This document shows, one piece after another, positions 28,799 to 39,017 of a DNA stretch of 64,000 bases. The stretch's first letter is position 1; each line of letters starts with the position of its first letter. The position numbers and the translations under genes were made by a program. This DNA comes from Candidatus Woesearchaeota archaeon (lineage in GTDB: Archaea; Nanobdellota; Nanobdellia; Woesearchaeales; 0-14-0-80-44-23). The stretch is from NCBI GenBank assembly GCA_038874135.1, contig JAVZCZ010000001.1, forward strand, positions 160,001 to 224,000, given 5' to 3'. The notes beneath the pieces were generated by a model that did not search any database, was not told the DNA's origin, and saw only the letters and a list, made by a program, of their open reading frames with translations.

Positions 28799-28854
28799 TT
28801 TAAACTTTAAAATTCAGAATGGGTTTTTATTTTTTTCTATAAGTTAGCACTTTA

Positions 28855-30153
28855 TCAGAATTTTAAGGTCTGCCCGGCGTATCGCGCTTCGGAGCCAAGC
28901 TCTTCTTCTATTCTTAGGAGCTGATTGAATTTTGAAGTCCTTTCACTTCTGCAGGGCGCTCCAAGCTTTATCTGTCCGCAGCCCAGCGCTACTGACAGGT
29001 CTGCTATGAAGGGGTCTTCTGTTTCTCCGCTTCTATGGCTCACCATTACATTCCAGCCGTGCCTGAATGCCAGGGCAGCTGCTCTTAATGCCTCTGATAG
29101 TGTGCCAATCTGGTTTAATTTTAAGAGTAGCGCTGTGCAGCACTTCTTTCTTATTCCAATTTTTATTCTTGAAATATTTGTTACAAGGAGATCATCGCCT
29201 ACAACTTGGATGCTGTCTCCGTATTTTGCCCTTATTTTAGCTGTAAATCTTTTGAAAGCTTTGAAGTCGTCCTGATCAAAAGGGTCTTCAAATGATATTA
29301 TAGGGTAGCTATCTGCAAGGTTTAGGTAGTAGTCTATAAGTTCGTCTGCTTGGTACTCCCTTTCAAGCTTGTAGCTTCCTTCGGAGTAGAATTCTGAAGC
29401 CGCGCTGTCTATTGCCAGTTTCACTTTTTGTGAGTATCCAGATTCTGAAATTGCCGATTCAAGTATTGAGAGTGCTTCCTCTGCATTTGATATTGGAGGT
29501 GCAAATCCGCCCTCGTCGCCAACATTTACAGCTGCTCTTCCAAATTTGGATTCAAGCTTCTGTTTTAGGGTGTGGTAAACCTCTGAGACCATCTGCGCTG
29601 CTTCTGAGAAGCTGGACGCTCCGACTGGTACTATCATGAACTCCTGAATTTTAAGTTGTGATCCTGCATGTTTTCCACCATTTATCACATTTGAGAAAGG
29701 CACTGGCAGTAGAAGCTCTTTTTTTATTCCATTCTTTTGAGCGAGCTGGTGCAGGTAGCTGTAAAGGGGCTTGCCAGTTGAGAGTGCAGCTGCGCGGGCA
29801 GAAGCCATGCTCACGCCGAGTATTGAATTAGCTCCAAGGGCCGACTTATTTGAAGTGCCATCCATTTTTATCATAATGGAATCTATCTTTCTCTGAGCAT
29901 TGCAGCTCATTCCTACAAGCTTTGGAGCAATTTTTTCTCTTATGTTTGAAACTGCATTTAGAACTCCCCTGCCGTGGTATCTCTTGTCTTTGTCTCTGAG
30001 CTCCAGAGCTTCGTACTTTCCAGTAGATGCTCCGCTTGGAACAATCGCCCTTCCAATTCCTTTTTTTGTTGTAATGTCCACTTCCACAGTGGGGTTTCCC
30101 CTTGAGTCAAGAACCTCCCGCGCCTTTATAGAGACTATTTTTAATCCTGCCAT
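28855..30153 (-). CDS. eno: enolase
   Basis: 'DSRGNPTVEV', 'GDEGGFAP', 'SHRSGET'. Confidence 0.97.
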   Translation of the reverse strand: MAGLKIVSIKAREVLDSRGNPTVEVDITTKKGIGRAIVPSGASTGKYEALELRDKDKRYHGRGVLNAVSNIREKIAPKLVGMSCNAQRKIDSIMIKMDGTSNKSALGANSILGVSMASARAAALSTGKPLYSYLHQLAQKNGIKKELLLPVPFSNVINGGKHAGSQLKIQEFMIVPVGASSFSEAAQMVSEVYHTLKQKLESKFGRAAVNVGDEGGFAPPISNAEEALSILESAISESGYSQKVKLAIDSAASEFYSEGSYKLEREYQADELIDYYLNLADSYPIISFEDPFDQDDFKAFKRFTAKIRAKYGDSIQVVGDDLLVTNISRIKIGIRKKCCTALLLKLNQIGTLSEALRAAALAFRHGWNVMVSHRSGETEDPFIADLSVALGCGQIKLGAPCRSERTSKFNQLLRIEEELGSEARYAGQTLKF

Positions 30154-30250
30154 GTCTGATTCTTGGCTTGCAGTGATTATAAAACTTTCTATTCTCTTCA
30201 GATTTCTAGAAAAAGTTTATATAAGGAGAAGGCGTATATTCATTTAGGGG

Positions 30251-31090
30251 TTGGATATGAGGGGCACTTTTGTGATGGTAGACGGGCCTGATGCTTCTGG
30301 CAAGAGCGTTGTGATTGGCTCTTTGGAGTCCTGGGCGAGGTCTCGTGGTCTTAAACTGCTTAATCTAAATTATTATTATGAAGAGAAGCACTCCATTCCA
30401 TCCTTTGATGAGATTTACACTGCTGATGTGATAGTCTCTTCAGAGCCAAGCCCATTTTATGTTGGTCAGGCGTTGAGGGAAGAGATGCTCTCTCAGAGTG
30501 AAAGAAAGTATTCTGCAGTTTCGTTGGCACAGGCATTTGCGCTGGATAGGGAGATACTTTACAACAGGGTTATAATTCCTGCTTTGAAGGCAGGCAAGTT
30601 TGTATTTCAAGATAGGGGTGTCATAACCTCGTTAGTTTATCAGCCGGTTGAGAGCAAGATTTCCCTAGTGGATTTGATGCGCCTGCCTGGGAACAAGCTG
30701 GCGCTGGATTATGCTCCCGATCTTGTTATAGTAACTATTGCTTCTCCGGAGCAGATAATGCAGAGGATAGACAAGAGGACTAAGAAGTCAATATTTGACA
30801 ACCTCCTGTTTCAGAGGAAGATAGTTGAGCGCTATAATAGTGTCTGGCTTAAACAGCTTTTGGAAAATATGGGCTCAACTGTTAAGTACATAAATACAGA
30901 CTTTCCCAAAAGTGTGGAAGAGACGAGTAGGGAAGCTATCAATATTTGGGATGAGTTTTATAAAGGAAGAAGTGAGGGCAGGTTGCAGCTGAAACATGAT
31001 GGCAGAAATGTTCAGACAGACGGAGTAAGTGGTGCTTCTGAAGCCACAGATGGAAAAGATGCTAAGCTTTATGAATTTACTGAAAAGTAG
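30251..31090 (+). CDS. tmk: thymidylate kinase
   Basis: P-loop 'DGPDASGKS', 'EP', 'DR..TSLVYQ', 'PDL'. Confidence 0.85.
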   Translation: MDMRGTFVMVDGPDASGKSVVIGSLESWARSRGLKLLNLNYYYEEKHSIPSFDEIYTADVIVSSEPSPFYVGQALREEMLSQSERKYSAVSLAQAFALDREILYNRVIIPALKAGKFVFQDRGVITSLVYQPVESKISLVDLMRLPGNKLALDYAPDLVIVTIASPEQIMQRIDKRTKKSIFDNLLFQRKIVERYNSVWLKQLLENMGSTVKYINTDFPKSVEETSREAINIWDEFYKGRSEGRLQLKHDGRNVQTDGVSGASEATDGKDAKLYEFTEK

Positions 31091-31318
31091 ATGGGGCACA
31101 TTTTACTTATTTAGGATGTTTTTATTTTAGAAATTTTTACGCTATCTGTCATATTATACCACACGCCTATCACACTATTACATATATCATATTATCTACT
31201 ATCCAGTTTATCTTTTGAAATGTTCCAATTTTTGTATTTTCTTTTAATATGTTTCTTATGCTTATTTTTTTTCACAATAAAATATTTAAATGAGTAGGGC
31301 AAGCAAAAAATGAAAATT

Positions 31319-31366
31319 TCCCTACATATAGGGTTTTTCATTCAATAAAAACACTATACGCAGTGT
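31319..31366. promoter_or_regulatory. tandem NrdR boxes
   Basis: TCCCTACATATAGGGT (31319-31334) and ACACTATACGCAGTGT (31351-31366), 32 bp start-to-start, upstream of nrdR-nrdJ. Confidence 0.8.
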
Positions 31367-31390
31367 TAAGTGTCACTGGAGAGTTTTAAA

Positions 31391-31849
31391 ATGAAATGCC
31401 CCTTTTGCGGCTATGAAAATACTAGCGTGCTGGAAACGAGAGACACTGATTCTGGAACGAGAAGGAGAAGAATCTGTGATAAGTGCAAACACAGGTTTAC
31501 AACTTATGAAAAGATTGAATCTTCTCCAATCTTAGTAATAAAAAAAGATGGAAGGCGGGAGCCATTCTCAAAAGAAAAACTTAGAAACGGAATTCTAAAA
31601 GCGTGCGAAAAACGCCCCGTCTCAATAGAACAGATAAATAACATATGCGAATCAATAGAGGCTAAGCTAATTGAAAAGGGTGAATCCGAAGTTAAGAGTA
31701 AGCAGATAGGAGACATGGCAATGGCCAAGCTAAAAAGCTTGGATAAGATTGCTTACATCAGATTTGCCTCAGTTTACAGAGATTTTGCTGACATAACCGA
31801 CTTTGAGGAAGAGTTGAAGAAGCTTATAAGAAAGAATGCTCAGAGGTGA
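31391..31849 (+). CDS. nrdR: transcriptional repressor NrdR
   Basis: 'MKCPFC', 'RRRR.C..C..RFTTYE', ATP cone, 'AYIRFASVY'. Confidence 0.96.
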   Translation: MKCPFCGYENTSVLETRDTDSGTRRRRICDKCKHRFTTYEKIESSPILVIKKDGRREPFSKEKLRNGILKACEKRPVSIEQINNICESIEAKLIEKGESEVKSKQIGDMAMAKLKSLDKIAYIRFASVYRDFADITDFEEELKKLIRKNAQR

Positions 31850-34359
31850 TTGGGGAAATGAGTGAAAAAATAAAGCAGGTAATCAAGAGGGATGGACGGA
31901 TTGTGGACTTTGACAGAGAAAAAATTAAGCGGGCAATAATGATGTCCATGAGTGATATTGGAAGAGTGGATGAAAAGCTGGCTGAAAAGGCAACTGCCAA
32001 GGTAGTTGAGCTTCTGGAAAGAAACTTTCAGGATGAAATTCCCAATGTGGAACAGATACAAGACCTTGTTGAGATAACACTCATCAAGCTTGGAGAAGCG
32101 GCTCTTGCCAAGAATTACATACTGTATAGGAATGAAAGAGAAAAACTCAGAAAGGAGAAGATGGCTGTTCTAAACAAGGAGGTGCTGGACGAGGTTGACA
32201 AGAGATTTGATATAAACGCCTTGAGAGTGTTAGCCTCGCGCTATCTAAAGAAGAACAGCAGGGGAGAGGTAATAGAAAGCCCAAAATCCTTGTTTGAGAG
32301 GTGCGCAGTTAACGACGCTATAGGAGATCTCATTCACGATTCAAAAGTTTATGATAAGGAGCAGAAACAGCCTGTGCATTCTGAGGAGATTGACGATTCA
32401 AAGTTTGATTATTATGTGGAAAGGGGAATATCAATTGGCAAATATCCTCTGAACAAGTTTCACCTCCAAACCCTTGCAAGAACATACAAGCTGCTGAACT
32501 CTGAAGGAAAGATGAAGAAGAGTTTTGAAGAACTAATAGAGATGCTGTTCAGCGGGGAATTGGCGGAGCATGAGAAGGAGGTTGAGGAATACTACGAGCT
32601 TATGATTTCTAAGAAGTTCCTGCCAAACACACCTGCGCTTGCCAACTTTGGAAATGTGCACGGGATGGGAAGCGCATGCTTCGTACTTGGTATTGAAGAC
32701 AACATGGAAAGCATAATGGGTACACTAAAGGACGCTGCAATGATATTCAAAGCAGGAGGCGGATGCGGATACAACTTTTCAAAGCTTAGGCCTGCAGGGG
32801 ATGTCGTGAAATCTACAAGTGGAGTGGCGTCTGGACCTATAAGCTTCATGACACTCTATGACAAGATGACTGAAGTTATAAGTCAGGGTGGCATAAGGCG
32901 CGGTGCTAACATGGGAATTCTTAATGTTGACCATCCTGACATTGAAGCTTTCATAAAGGCAAAGGAGGGCAATGCTCAGCTGAAAAACTTTAACATTTCG
33001 GTACTGCTCACCTCTGAGTTCTGGGAGTGCTTCAACTCTCGCAAGCCATTCTACCTTAAAAATCCGCGGGATGGGAAGCCTGTTGCAGAGGTTGACCCTC
33101 AGAAGATATTTGACACGATTGCATACGAAGCTAGAAATTATGCTGAACCCGGAGTGCTTTTTATGGACAACATAAATAAGCACAACCCGCTTTTGAAATG
33201 CTTGGGACCAATAACTACCACTAATCCTTGCGGGGAGGTTCTACTTTATCCTAATGAGTCGTGCAATCTTGGGAGCATAAACCTTTACGAGTTTATCAGG
33301 AATGGAGAAGATGGTAAGAAGTATGTTGACTGGCAGGAGCTTGCCAGAACTGTTCGCATTGTTACCAGATTCTTAGATAACATTAACGATGTAAATAATT
33401 TCCCATTAGATGCTATAAGGGATCAGACGCGAAAGTCCAGAAAGATTGGGCTGGGCGTGATGGGAGTTGGTGACTTTCTCTATGAGCTCGGCATAAGGTA
33501 TGATTCTGATGCTGGGCTTAGCATGATGGGGGAGGTCATGGAGTTTATAAACTTCCATTCAAAGCTGGAGAGCATAGAGCTTGCTAAAGAGAGGGGCGTA
33601 TTCCCGCTGTATGAGGAGAGCTTCTACCCTGAAGGCAGGATGCCGTTTGAAGGGTTTTACCATCCAGAGTCGTGGCATCAGGACTGGAATATAGTTGTTG
33701 AGGGAATCAAGAAGTACGGCTTGAGAAATGCCTTCACAACTGTGATCGCCCCAACTGGAAGCATCTCAATGATAGCTGGGACTAGCAGCGGGATTGAGCC
33801 GGTGTTCAGTCTGGTCTTTGAGAAGAGGGTTGTAGTTGGAAATTTTTACTATGTTAATAGGGTGTTTGAAAAGGTGCTAAAAGACAGGGGACTTTACAAT
33901 CACTCAATCATAGAAAGAATATCAAACAACTTTGGCTCAGTTCAGAACCTTCCAGAAATTCCCAATGACATTAAAGAGGTGTTTGTTACAGCTGCAGACA
34001 TCCCTGCTGAGAGGCATGTTTATGCCCAGGCAGCATTCCAGAGGTGGACTGACAGCTCAATATCCAAAACGATAAACATGCCTGCAAGCGCATCTGTAGA
34101 GGATGTAAAGAATGCTTACCTGCTTGCACATAGCCTGGGCTGTAAGGGAATAACTGTTTATAGGGATGGAAGCATAGAGAACCAGGTTCTAAATGCTGGA
34201 AAAAAGAAGAAGGAGGACTTTGCAGTAAAGCATGATAACGAGCCTCCGGTTGAGGATGAGCGTGCTGAGAAGTGCCCTGCTTGCGGCACTAAGCTTAAGA
34301 AGGAAGAAGGATGTTCCAGCTGTCCAAACTGCGGCTGGAGCAAGTGCTCCATATCTTAA
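31846..34359 (+). CDS. nrdJ: adenosylcobalamin-dependent (class II) ribonucleotide reductase with ATP cone
   Basis: 'VIKRDG' ATP cone, 'SACF', 'RRGANM', 'TNPCGE', 'APTGSIS', C-terminal Zn ribbon. Confidence 0.95.
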   Translation: MIGEMSEKIKQVIKRDGRIVDFDREKIKRAIMMSMSDIGRVDEKLAEKATAKVVELLERNFQDEIPNVEQIQDLVEITLIKLGEAALAKNYILYRNEREKLRKEKMAVLNKEVLDEVDKRFDINALRVLASRYLKKNSRGEVIESPKSLFERCAVNDAIGDLIHDSKVYDKEQKQPVHSEEIDDSKFDYYVERGISIGKYPLNKFHLQTLARTYKLLNSEGKMKKSFEELIEMLFSGELAEHEKEVEEYYELMISKKFLPNTPALANFGNVHGMGSACFVLGIEDNMESIMGTLKDAAMIFKAGGGCGYNFSKLRPAGDVVKSTSGVASGPISFMTLYDKMTEVISQGGIRRGANMGILNVDHPDIEAFIKAKEGNAQLKNFNISVLLTSEFWECFNSRKPFYLKNPRDGKPVAEVDPQKIFDTIAYEARNYAEPGVLFMDNINKHNPLLKCLGPITTTNPCGEVLLYPNESCNLGSINLYEFIRNGEDGKKYVDWQELARTVRIVTRFLDNINDVNNFPLDAIRDQTRKSRKIGLGVMGVGDFLYELGIRYDSDAGLSMMGEVMEFINFHSKLESIELAKERGVFPLYEESFYPEGRMPFEGFYHPESWHQDWNIVVEGIKKYGLRNAFTTVIAPTGSISMIAGTSSGIEPVFSLVFEKRVVVGNFYYVNRVFEKVLKDRGLYNHSIIERISNNFGSVQNLPEIPNDIKEVFVTAADIPAERHVYAQAAFQRWTDSSISKTINMPASASVEDVKNAYLLAHSLGCKGITVYRDGSIENQVLNAGKKKKEDFAVKHDNEPPVEDERAEKCPACGTKLKKEEGCSSCPNCGWSKCSIS

Positions 34360-34980
34360 GTGGTTAACATGCAAGAAAACGGCAACAGCTTAGAAATTGA
34401 AGAATACAAAGATAAGCTTCAGAAGATAGAGGAAGAATGCGAACATCCGCAGAAAGGGCTGAAGATTGGCTTAGTGCACATCTACTATGGTGACGGCAGG
34501 GGCAAAACCTCAATAGCACTGGGCACGGCACTGAGGGCTTCGGGCTACGGATTTAGGACTAAGGTAATACAGTTTATGAAGGGAATTCCAAACCTGGGAG
34601 AGTGCAGGGCTGAGCTTAGAAATTTTGAAGTTAAACAGTTTGGAAATCCGAAGTATGTAATAAAGATGCAGGAACCACGCGAGGAAGACCTTAAGCTTAT
34701 CAGGATGGCAGTTGAAGAGGCGCTCTCCTCTTTCAATTCGGGAAGTTATGACATAGTTGTGCTTGATGAAGTGCTCTACGCTCTTGAGTTTGGCTTAATC
34801 AGCAGGGAAGATCTAATTTCAGTGATAAAGGCAAAGCCCAGGAATGTTGAGCTAATACTTACTGGCGGAAGAAGTCCTCCTCCTGAGATAATAGAGTTGG
34901 CGGATTATGTGAGTCATATTGTCATGGAGAGGCATCCTTATAATCGGGGTATAGAGGCAAGACGGGGAATTGACTTTTAG
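34360..34980 (+). CDS. cob(I)alamin adenosyltransferase (CobA/BtuR/CobO)
   Basis: 'YYGDGRGKTS.ALG', 'IQFMKG', 'VLDE', 'LILTG', 'RRGIDF'. Confidence 0.92.
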   Translation: MVNMQENGNSLEIEEYKDKLQKIEEECEHPQKGLKIGLVHIYYGDGRGKTSIALGTALRASGYGFRTKVIQFMKGIPNLGECRAELRNFEVKQFGNPKYVIKMQEPREEDLKLIRMAVEEALSSFNSGSYDIVVLDEVLYALEFGLISREDLISVIKAKPRNVELILTGGRSPPPEIIELADYVSHIVMERHPYNRGIEARRGIDF

Positions 34981-34996
34981 ATTCTTATTTAAAATC

Positions 34997-35728
34997 TCAG
35001 ATGGGATTTTCTATTCTAACTTTCAGTTGGGGAAACCTCTGTTCAAGTGCCGGGATAATCCGTCTGAATTGTTCTAAAACTGCGGAGAAGTCCTGTTTTT
35101 CTACTGGGCTTATGGTCCATGTTGCATTCGTGTTTCCAATCCACTCCGCAATTTTGAGGAGGTGTGAAAGCGAGCTGGTAAGCCCTTCAGCCATTAGTGT
35201 TTTAAACTCAATCTGAACTTCATCCTCTTGAGAGCGTAGCAGCTCTATTGAATATGTAATGTCTCGTATGATTTCTCCAGGGCTCTTAAAGAACGTTGAA
35301 GACCGCGTTGTCCTCTCAAATATTCCCTCTTCAGGAGGGCTCTTTAAATCCATAATTACAGAATCTGCCAGCCCTTCTGCCAGTAACGACTTTAAAGAGT
35401 TGGGCTTGGAGCCGTTTGTTTCAAGCACTATTTTAAGACCTTTCATCCTGCAGAATCTTGCTATTGAGAGCATTGCCTGCCTTTGAAGCAGAGGCTCTCC
35501 CCCTGTGAGGATTACCGAGCTTATACGATTGTCAGATTTTAAAATTTCTTCAATCTTGAGCTTTACATCTCTCGTATCTATGAGAAACTCTTCAGAAAAT
35601 CCTAAGATGCTGGAATTATAACAGTATGGACATCTGAAGTTGCACCCTGCAAAGAATATCACTATTGAATCTTCTGAGTTATCACGCGAATTCCTTAAAG
35701 TGCCCACCCCACCTATGTATGCCTGCAT
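34997..35728 (-). CDS. glycyl-radical activase-like radical SAM protein (NrdG/PflA-like)
   Basis: 'GCNFRCPYCYN', 'TGGEP', 'ETNG', 'MDLK'. Confidence 0.8.
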   Translation of the reverse strand: MQAYIGGVGTLRNSRDNSEDSIVIFFAGCNFRCPYCYNSSILGFSEEFLIDTRDVKLKIEEILKSDNRISSVILTGGEPLLQRQAMLSIARFCRMKGLKIVLETNGSKPNSLKSLLAEGLADSVIMDLKSPPEEGIFERTTRSSTFFKSPGEIIRDITYSIELLRSQEDEVQIEFKTLMAEGLTSSLSHLLKIAEWIGNTNATWTISPVEKQDFSAVLEQFRRIIPALEQRFPQLKVRIENPI

Positions 35729-35842
35729 ACCGCTTAAGTTTTTGCGCTGAATTTAATAAAATTTTGGTAAAAAATAAGTTTATAAAACTTTATTCACTTG
35801 GGAATAATTAAATTTATATAGGTTTAAGCAGTTTTAAGAGGT

Positions 35843-36883
35843 ATGATAGTTGGTCTTACAGGGCCCATTGGCTCCGGGAAGGGAACTGTTTCCGAGTTCT
35901 TTGTAGAAAGGGGTTTTAGGAAGTATTCTCTATCTGATGTTATAAGGGAAGAGCTTTCTAAGAGAAATGAATGGGCTACTAGGGAGAACCTGATAATGGT
36001 TGGAAATGAGCTTAGGGCGAGGTTTGGAAGCGGCGTCCTAGCTGAAAGAATTCTGAGGAAGATAGAGGAAGATGAGAAGGCGGGATTCAGAAGGTTTGTA
36101 GTGGACAGCATAAGGAATCCTGAAGAGGTTAATGTGTTGAGAAGCAGGGAAGACTTCTTCCTATTGGCAGTAGATGCTCCTAAGAAGATTAGGTTTCAAA
36201 GGGTTAGGCAGAGAAACAGGGAAGCTGAGCCTCTAAGTTGGAACGATTTCTTAAGAGTTGACAAGGCGGAAGTGCTCGGAACTTCTGATTCCAGCCAGAG
36301 AATACTTGACTGTATGAGAATTGCTGATGCGAAGATTCTTAACGATTCAACATTAGAAGATCTGCACACAAAGCTGGAAGTGCTATTTCACGACTTAATT
36401 ACCAAGGAAAACCTCAGACCAAGCGTGGATGAATATTTTCTTAAGATAGCAGCAGTTGTAGCTGAAAGATCCACCTGTTTACGAAGGCATGTTGGAGCCA
36501 TAGCTGTAAAGGATAAGCATATAATCTCAACAGGATACAACGGTGCTCCTTCAGGATTGAGGGACTGCACAGAATTAGGCTGCCTGAGGGACAAGCTTGG
36601 AATAAGGTCGGGTACAGAGCAGCAGATATGCAGAGCAGTTCATGCGGAACAGAATGTGATAATACAGGCAGCAATTCACGGGCAGAACATCTCTGGAGCA
36701 ACAATATACTGCACTCACACGCCGTGCATAATATGTGCAAAGATGCTGGTAAATGCTAAGATAAGCAGGTTTGTAACTTACAACGATTACGCTGACGAAG
36801 CATTTATTAAACTCTTTGAAGAAGCTGGCATAAGAGTTGTGAAGCTGAAAAGGCCTTCTGACAGGATCACATTTAAGGATTAA
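35843..36883 (+). CDS. P-loop nucleotide kinase (dephospho-CoA kinase-like) fused to dCMP deaminase
   Basis: N-terminal 'GPIGSGKG', 'DSIRN..E'; C-terminal 'RSTC', 'GYNG', 'HAE', 'PCIIC'. Confidence 0.88.
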   Translation: MIVGLTGPIGSGKGTVSEFFVERGFRKYSLSDVIREELSKRNEWATRENLIMVGNELRARFGSGVLAERILRKIEEDEKAGFRRFVVDSIRNPEEVNVLRSREDFFLLAVDAPKKIRFQRVRQRNREAEPLSWNDFLRVDKAEVLGTSDSSQRILDCMRIADAKILNDSTLEDLHTKLEVLFHDLITKENLRPSVDEYFLKIAAVVAERSTCLRRHVGAIAVKDKHIISTGYNGAPSGLRDCTELGCLRDKLGIRSGTEQQICRAVHAEQNVIIQAAIHGQNISGATIYCTHTPCIICAKMLVNAKISRFVTYNDYADEAFIKLFEEAGIRVVKLKRPSDRITFKD

Positions 36884-37008
36884 TATTCTTGTGTTTTCTT
36901 AAACCAAAATCTTTTTAAATAAACTGCTTTTCCTTTCAGAATATTCCGGCGTCAGGAATTTGAGTTACAAGTTTCAGCAGTTTAAAGAATAGTTGGAAGG
37001 AATAAAAA

Positions 37009-37440
37009 ATGAAAACGCACAAGATGCCAGTTTCAGAGCTGATACCCAAAGTTGCTGAAGAATTGAAGAAGCTCAGCGAGATAAAACCGCCAGAATGGGC
37101 GCCTTTCGTTAAGACGGGAGTTCACAAGGAAAGGCCGCCTGTGCAGAAGGACTGGTGGTATATCAGAAGTGCTGCAGTGCTCATATCAGTAGGAAAGCTT
37201 GGACCCGTTGGGGTTTCAAAGCTCAGGACAAAGTATGGCGGAAGAAAGAACAACGGATATGATCCAGAACACTTTTATAAGGGAAGCGGCAGCATTATAA
37301 GAAAGGTATTGCAGCAGCTTCAAAAGGCTGGACTGGTTGAAGAGGGAAAGAAAGGCGTTCACAAGGGAAGAATCCTTACAAAGAAGGGAGCTGAGCTTGT
37401 GAAGTCGGTTGAAAGCCAGATTTTGGCTCAGAAGAAATGA
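37009..37440 (+). CDS. rps19e: 30S ribosomal protein S19e
   Basis: '[15 protein letters not shown]...WWYIR'. Confidence 0.96.
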   Translation: MKTHKMPVSELIPKVAEELKKLSEIKPPEWAPFVKTGVHKERPPVQKDWWYIRSAAVLISVGKLGPVGVSKLRTKYGGRKNNGYDPEHFYKGSGSIIRKVLQQLQKAGLVEEGKKGVHKGRILTKKGAELVKSVESQILAQKK

Positions 37441-37778
37441 GAGATCCAGAACTGGAAAGGATAAGGCAGGAGAAGCTCAGGGCACTCCAAGAAGCCCAAG
37501 GCGGGCCTGAGCAGGAGGATGCTGAGGCGCGCCTTGCAGAAGAGGTTGCCAGCCTTGAAGCGATGGTTAAGCCGCGTCTTTCCAGAAAGGCTCTGGACAG
37601 GTATTCAAACCTGAAGGTTGCACATCCGGAGCTTGCCTTGAAGGCGCTGCTCATAGTTGCGCAGGCAATCCAATCAGGACAGCTGGGGAGTGAGGAGCTT
37701 TCAGATGAGGCTTTTGCTGAGCTTTTGAGGAGGATGAGCCTCTTAGAAAGGAAGGATTTCAAGATAATAAGAAAATGA
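37437..37778 (+). CDS. PDCD5-like DNA-binding protein
   Basis: '[10 protein letters not shown]', 'L...A..R..N', 'FKIIRK'; canonical position after rps19e. Confidence 0.88.
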   Translation: MRDPELERIRQEKLRALQEAQGGPEQEDAEARLAEEVASLEAMVKPRLSRKALDRYSNLKVAHPELALKALLIVAQAIQSGQLGSEELSDEAFAELLRRMSLLERKDFKIIRK

Positions 37779-37794
37779 AATGAGAGAGATTAAA

Positions 37795-37968
37795 ATGGCA
37801 AGCAGGAAAACATCTACTAAAAAGAAGGTGCTTATTAAAAGGGGAAGGCAGACAAGGTGGGCTCCATTCTGGAGCGTGCCTAAGAAGTATGGGAAGAGCA
37901 GAAGAATTCATCCCGGAAGGCACACTGCGGTTAAGAGAAGCTGGAGAAGAGTAAAGATTAAGGATTGA
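37795..37968 (+). CDS. rpl39e: 50S ribosomal protein L39e
   Basis: 'RQTRWAPFW', 'RSWRR'; synteny. Confidence 0.85.
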   Translation: MASRKTSTKKKVLIKRGRQTRWAPFWSVPKKYGKSRRIHPGRHTAVKRSWRRVKIKD

Positions 37969-37978
37969 GGCGGTTGAA

Positions 37979-38440
37979 ATGGCTGAAGAAAAAGAGTTAG
38001 AGCGCACTTACAACATTCCTCTCAGGAGGGACTGGCTTAAGGTTCCGATGTATAAGAGGAGCAAGAAGGCAATAGCAGCAATAAGAGAGTTTATAGCTAG
38101 GCATATGAAGGTTGAGGATGATAAGATAAAGCTTGGAAGATTCCTGAACGAGCAGGTCTGGACAAACGGGATAAGAAACCCGCCGCATCATGTGAAGGTT
38201 ATAGCTTCTAAGGACAAGGACGGCATAGTTAAGGTTGAGATTGTAGGAGCTCCTTCTGAAAAGAAGGAAGAGAAGAGTAAAAAGGAGAAGAAGAAATCTG
38301 AATCCAAACAGGAATCTGAGGAGCGGGAAGAATCAAAAGAGAAAAGTGAAACTTCAGAGCCCAAGAAGAGATCAGCTGGAAGGAAGAAAAAATCTGAAGG
38401 TGAAGACGCGCCTGCTTCTGAAGAGAAACCTGAAAACTAA
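37979..38440 (+). CDS. rpl31e: 50S ribosomal protein L31e with charged C-terminal tail
   Basis: 'ERTYNIPLR', 'RSKKAI', 'LNEQVW..GI..PP'. Confidence 0.95.
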   Translation: MAEEKELERTYNIPLRRDWLKVPMYKRSKKAIAAIREFIARHMKVEDDKIKLGRFLNEQVWTNGIRNPPHHVKVIASKDKDGIVKVEIVGAPSEKKEEKSKKEKKKSESKQESEEREESKEKSETSEPKKRSAGRKKKSEGEDAPASEEKPEN

Positions 38441-38478
38441 TTTTAGAATTTTTAGAATTTCTTAATTTTGTTATTGAT

Positions 38479-39000
38479 TTATGACTGCTTTGCTTTTCTT
38501 AGTTCTGAAGAGAGGCGTTCAATCTCTTCTTTAAGGTGTGCTATGGTGGCAGTGTTGTCCTGCACTTCCATTAGCGAGCCGCATTCAGGACAGTGAAACT
38601 CAAAATCAGACGCCTTGTCAAAGTCCAGGCGGACGCACTTGTTTGGGCACATGTAGAAGGTGTTGGCTTCTTCCCTTTCAAGGCGCTCTTTTAGCTTTGC
38701 AAGCTTCTTCGCTCTTATATCTGAGTAGAGATATTTCACTGTTTCCGGATTAAAGGTCCAGTAGTATATGTACCAACCTTTCTTCTTATCTTTTTTTCTT
38801 CTAAAGGATACCAGATTGTTTTCTAAAAGCTTGTAGAGTGCCTTTCTTATGTCTTTTATCTCCATCTTTAGAGCTTCAGCTACCTTGAACTCAGAGAAGT
38901 TCGGCTGGTCTTTGAGCACCATAACTATTGGAACCGCCTGTTCCCCTGCAAGTTCTGTTACCACATCCTTTATCAGGTTGTTGCTCAATTTCATTTTCAC
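38479..39000 (-). CDS. tfe: transcription factor E alpha
   Basis: wHTH 'IRKALYKL', 'GWYIYYW', Zn ribbon 'YMCPNKC...FHCPECG'. Confidence 0.93.
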   Translation of the reverse strand: MKMKLSNNLIKDVVTELAGEQAVPIVMVLKDQPNFSEFKVAEALKMEIKDIRKALYKLLENNLVSFRRKKDKKKGWYIYYWTFNPETVKYLYSDIRAKKLAKLKERLEREEANTFYMCPNKCVRLDFDKASDFEFHCPECGSLMEVQDNTATIAHLKEEIERLSSELRKAKQS

Positions 39001-39017
39001 TCTTTAATTCTAACTCG

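Noticed and set aside
31140-31212. G-poor stretch with repeated CATATTAT/CACAC
   Set aside because: Too degenerate to call a repeat or regulatory array
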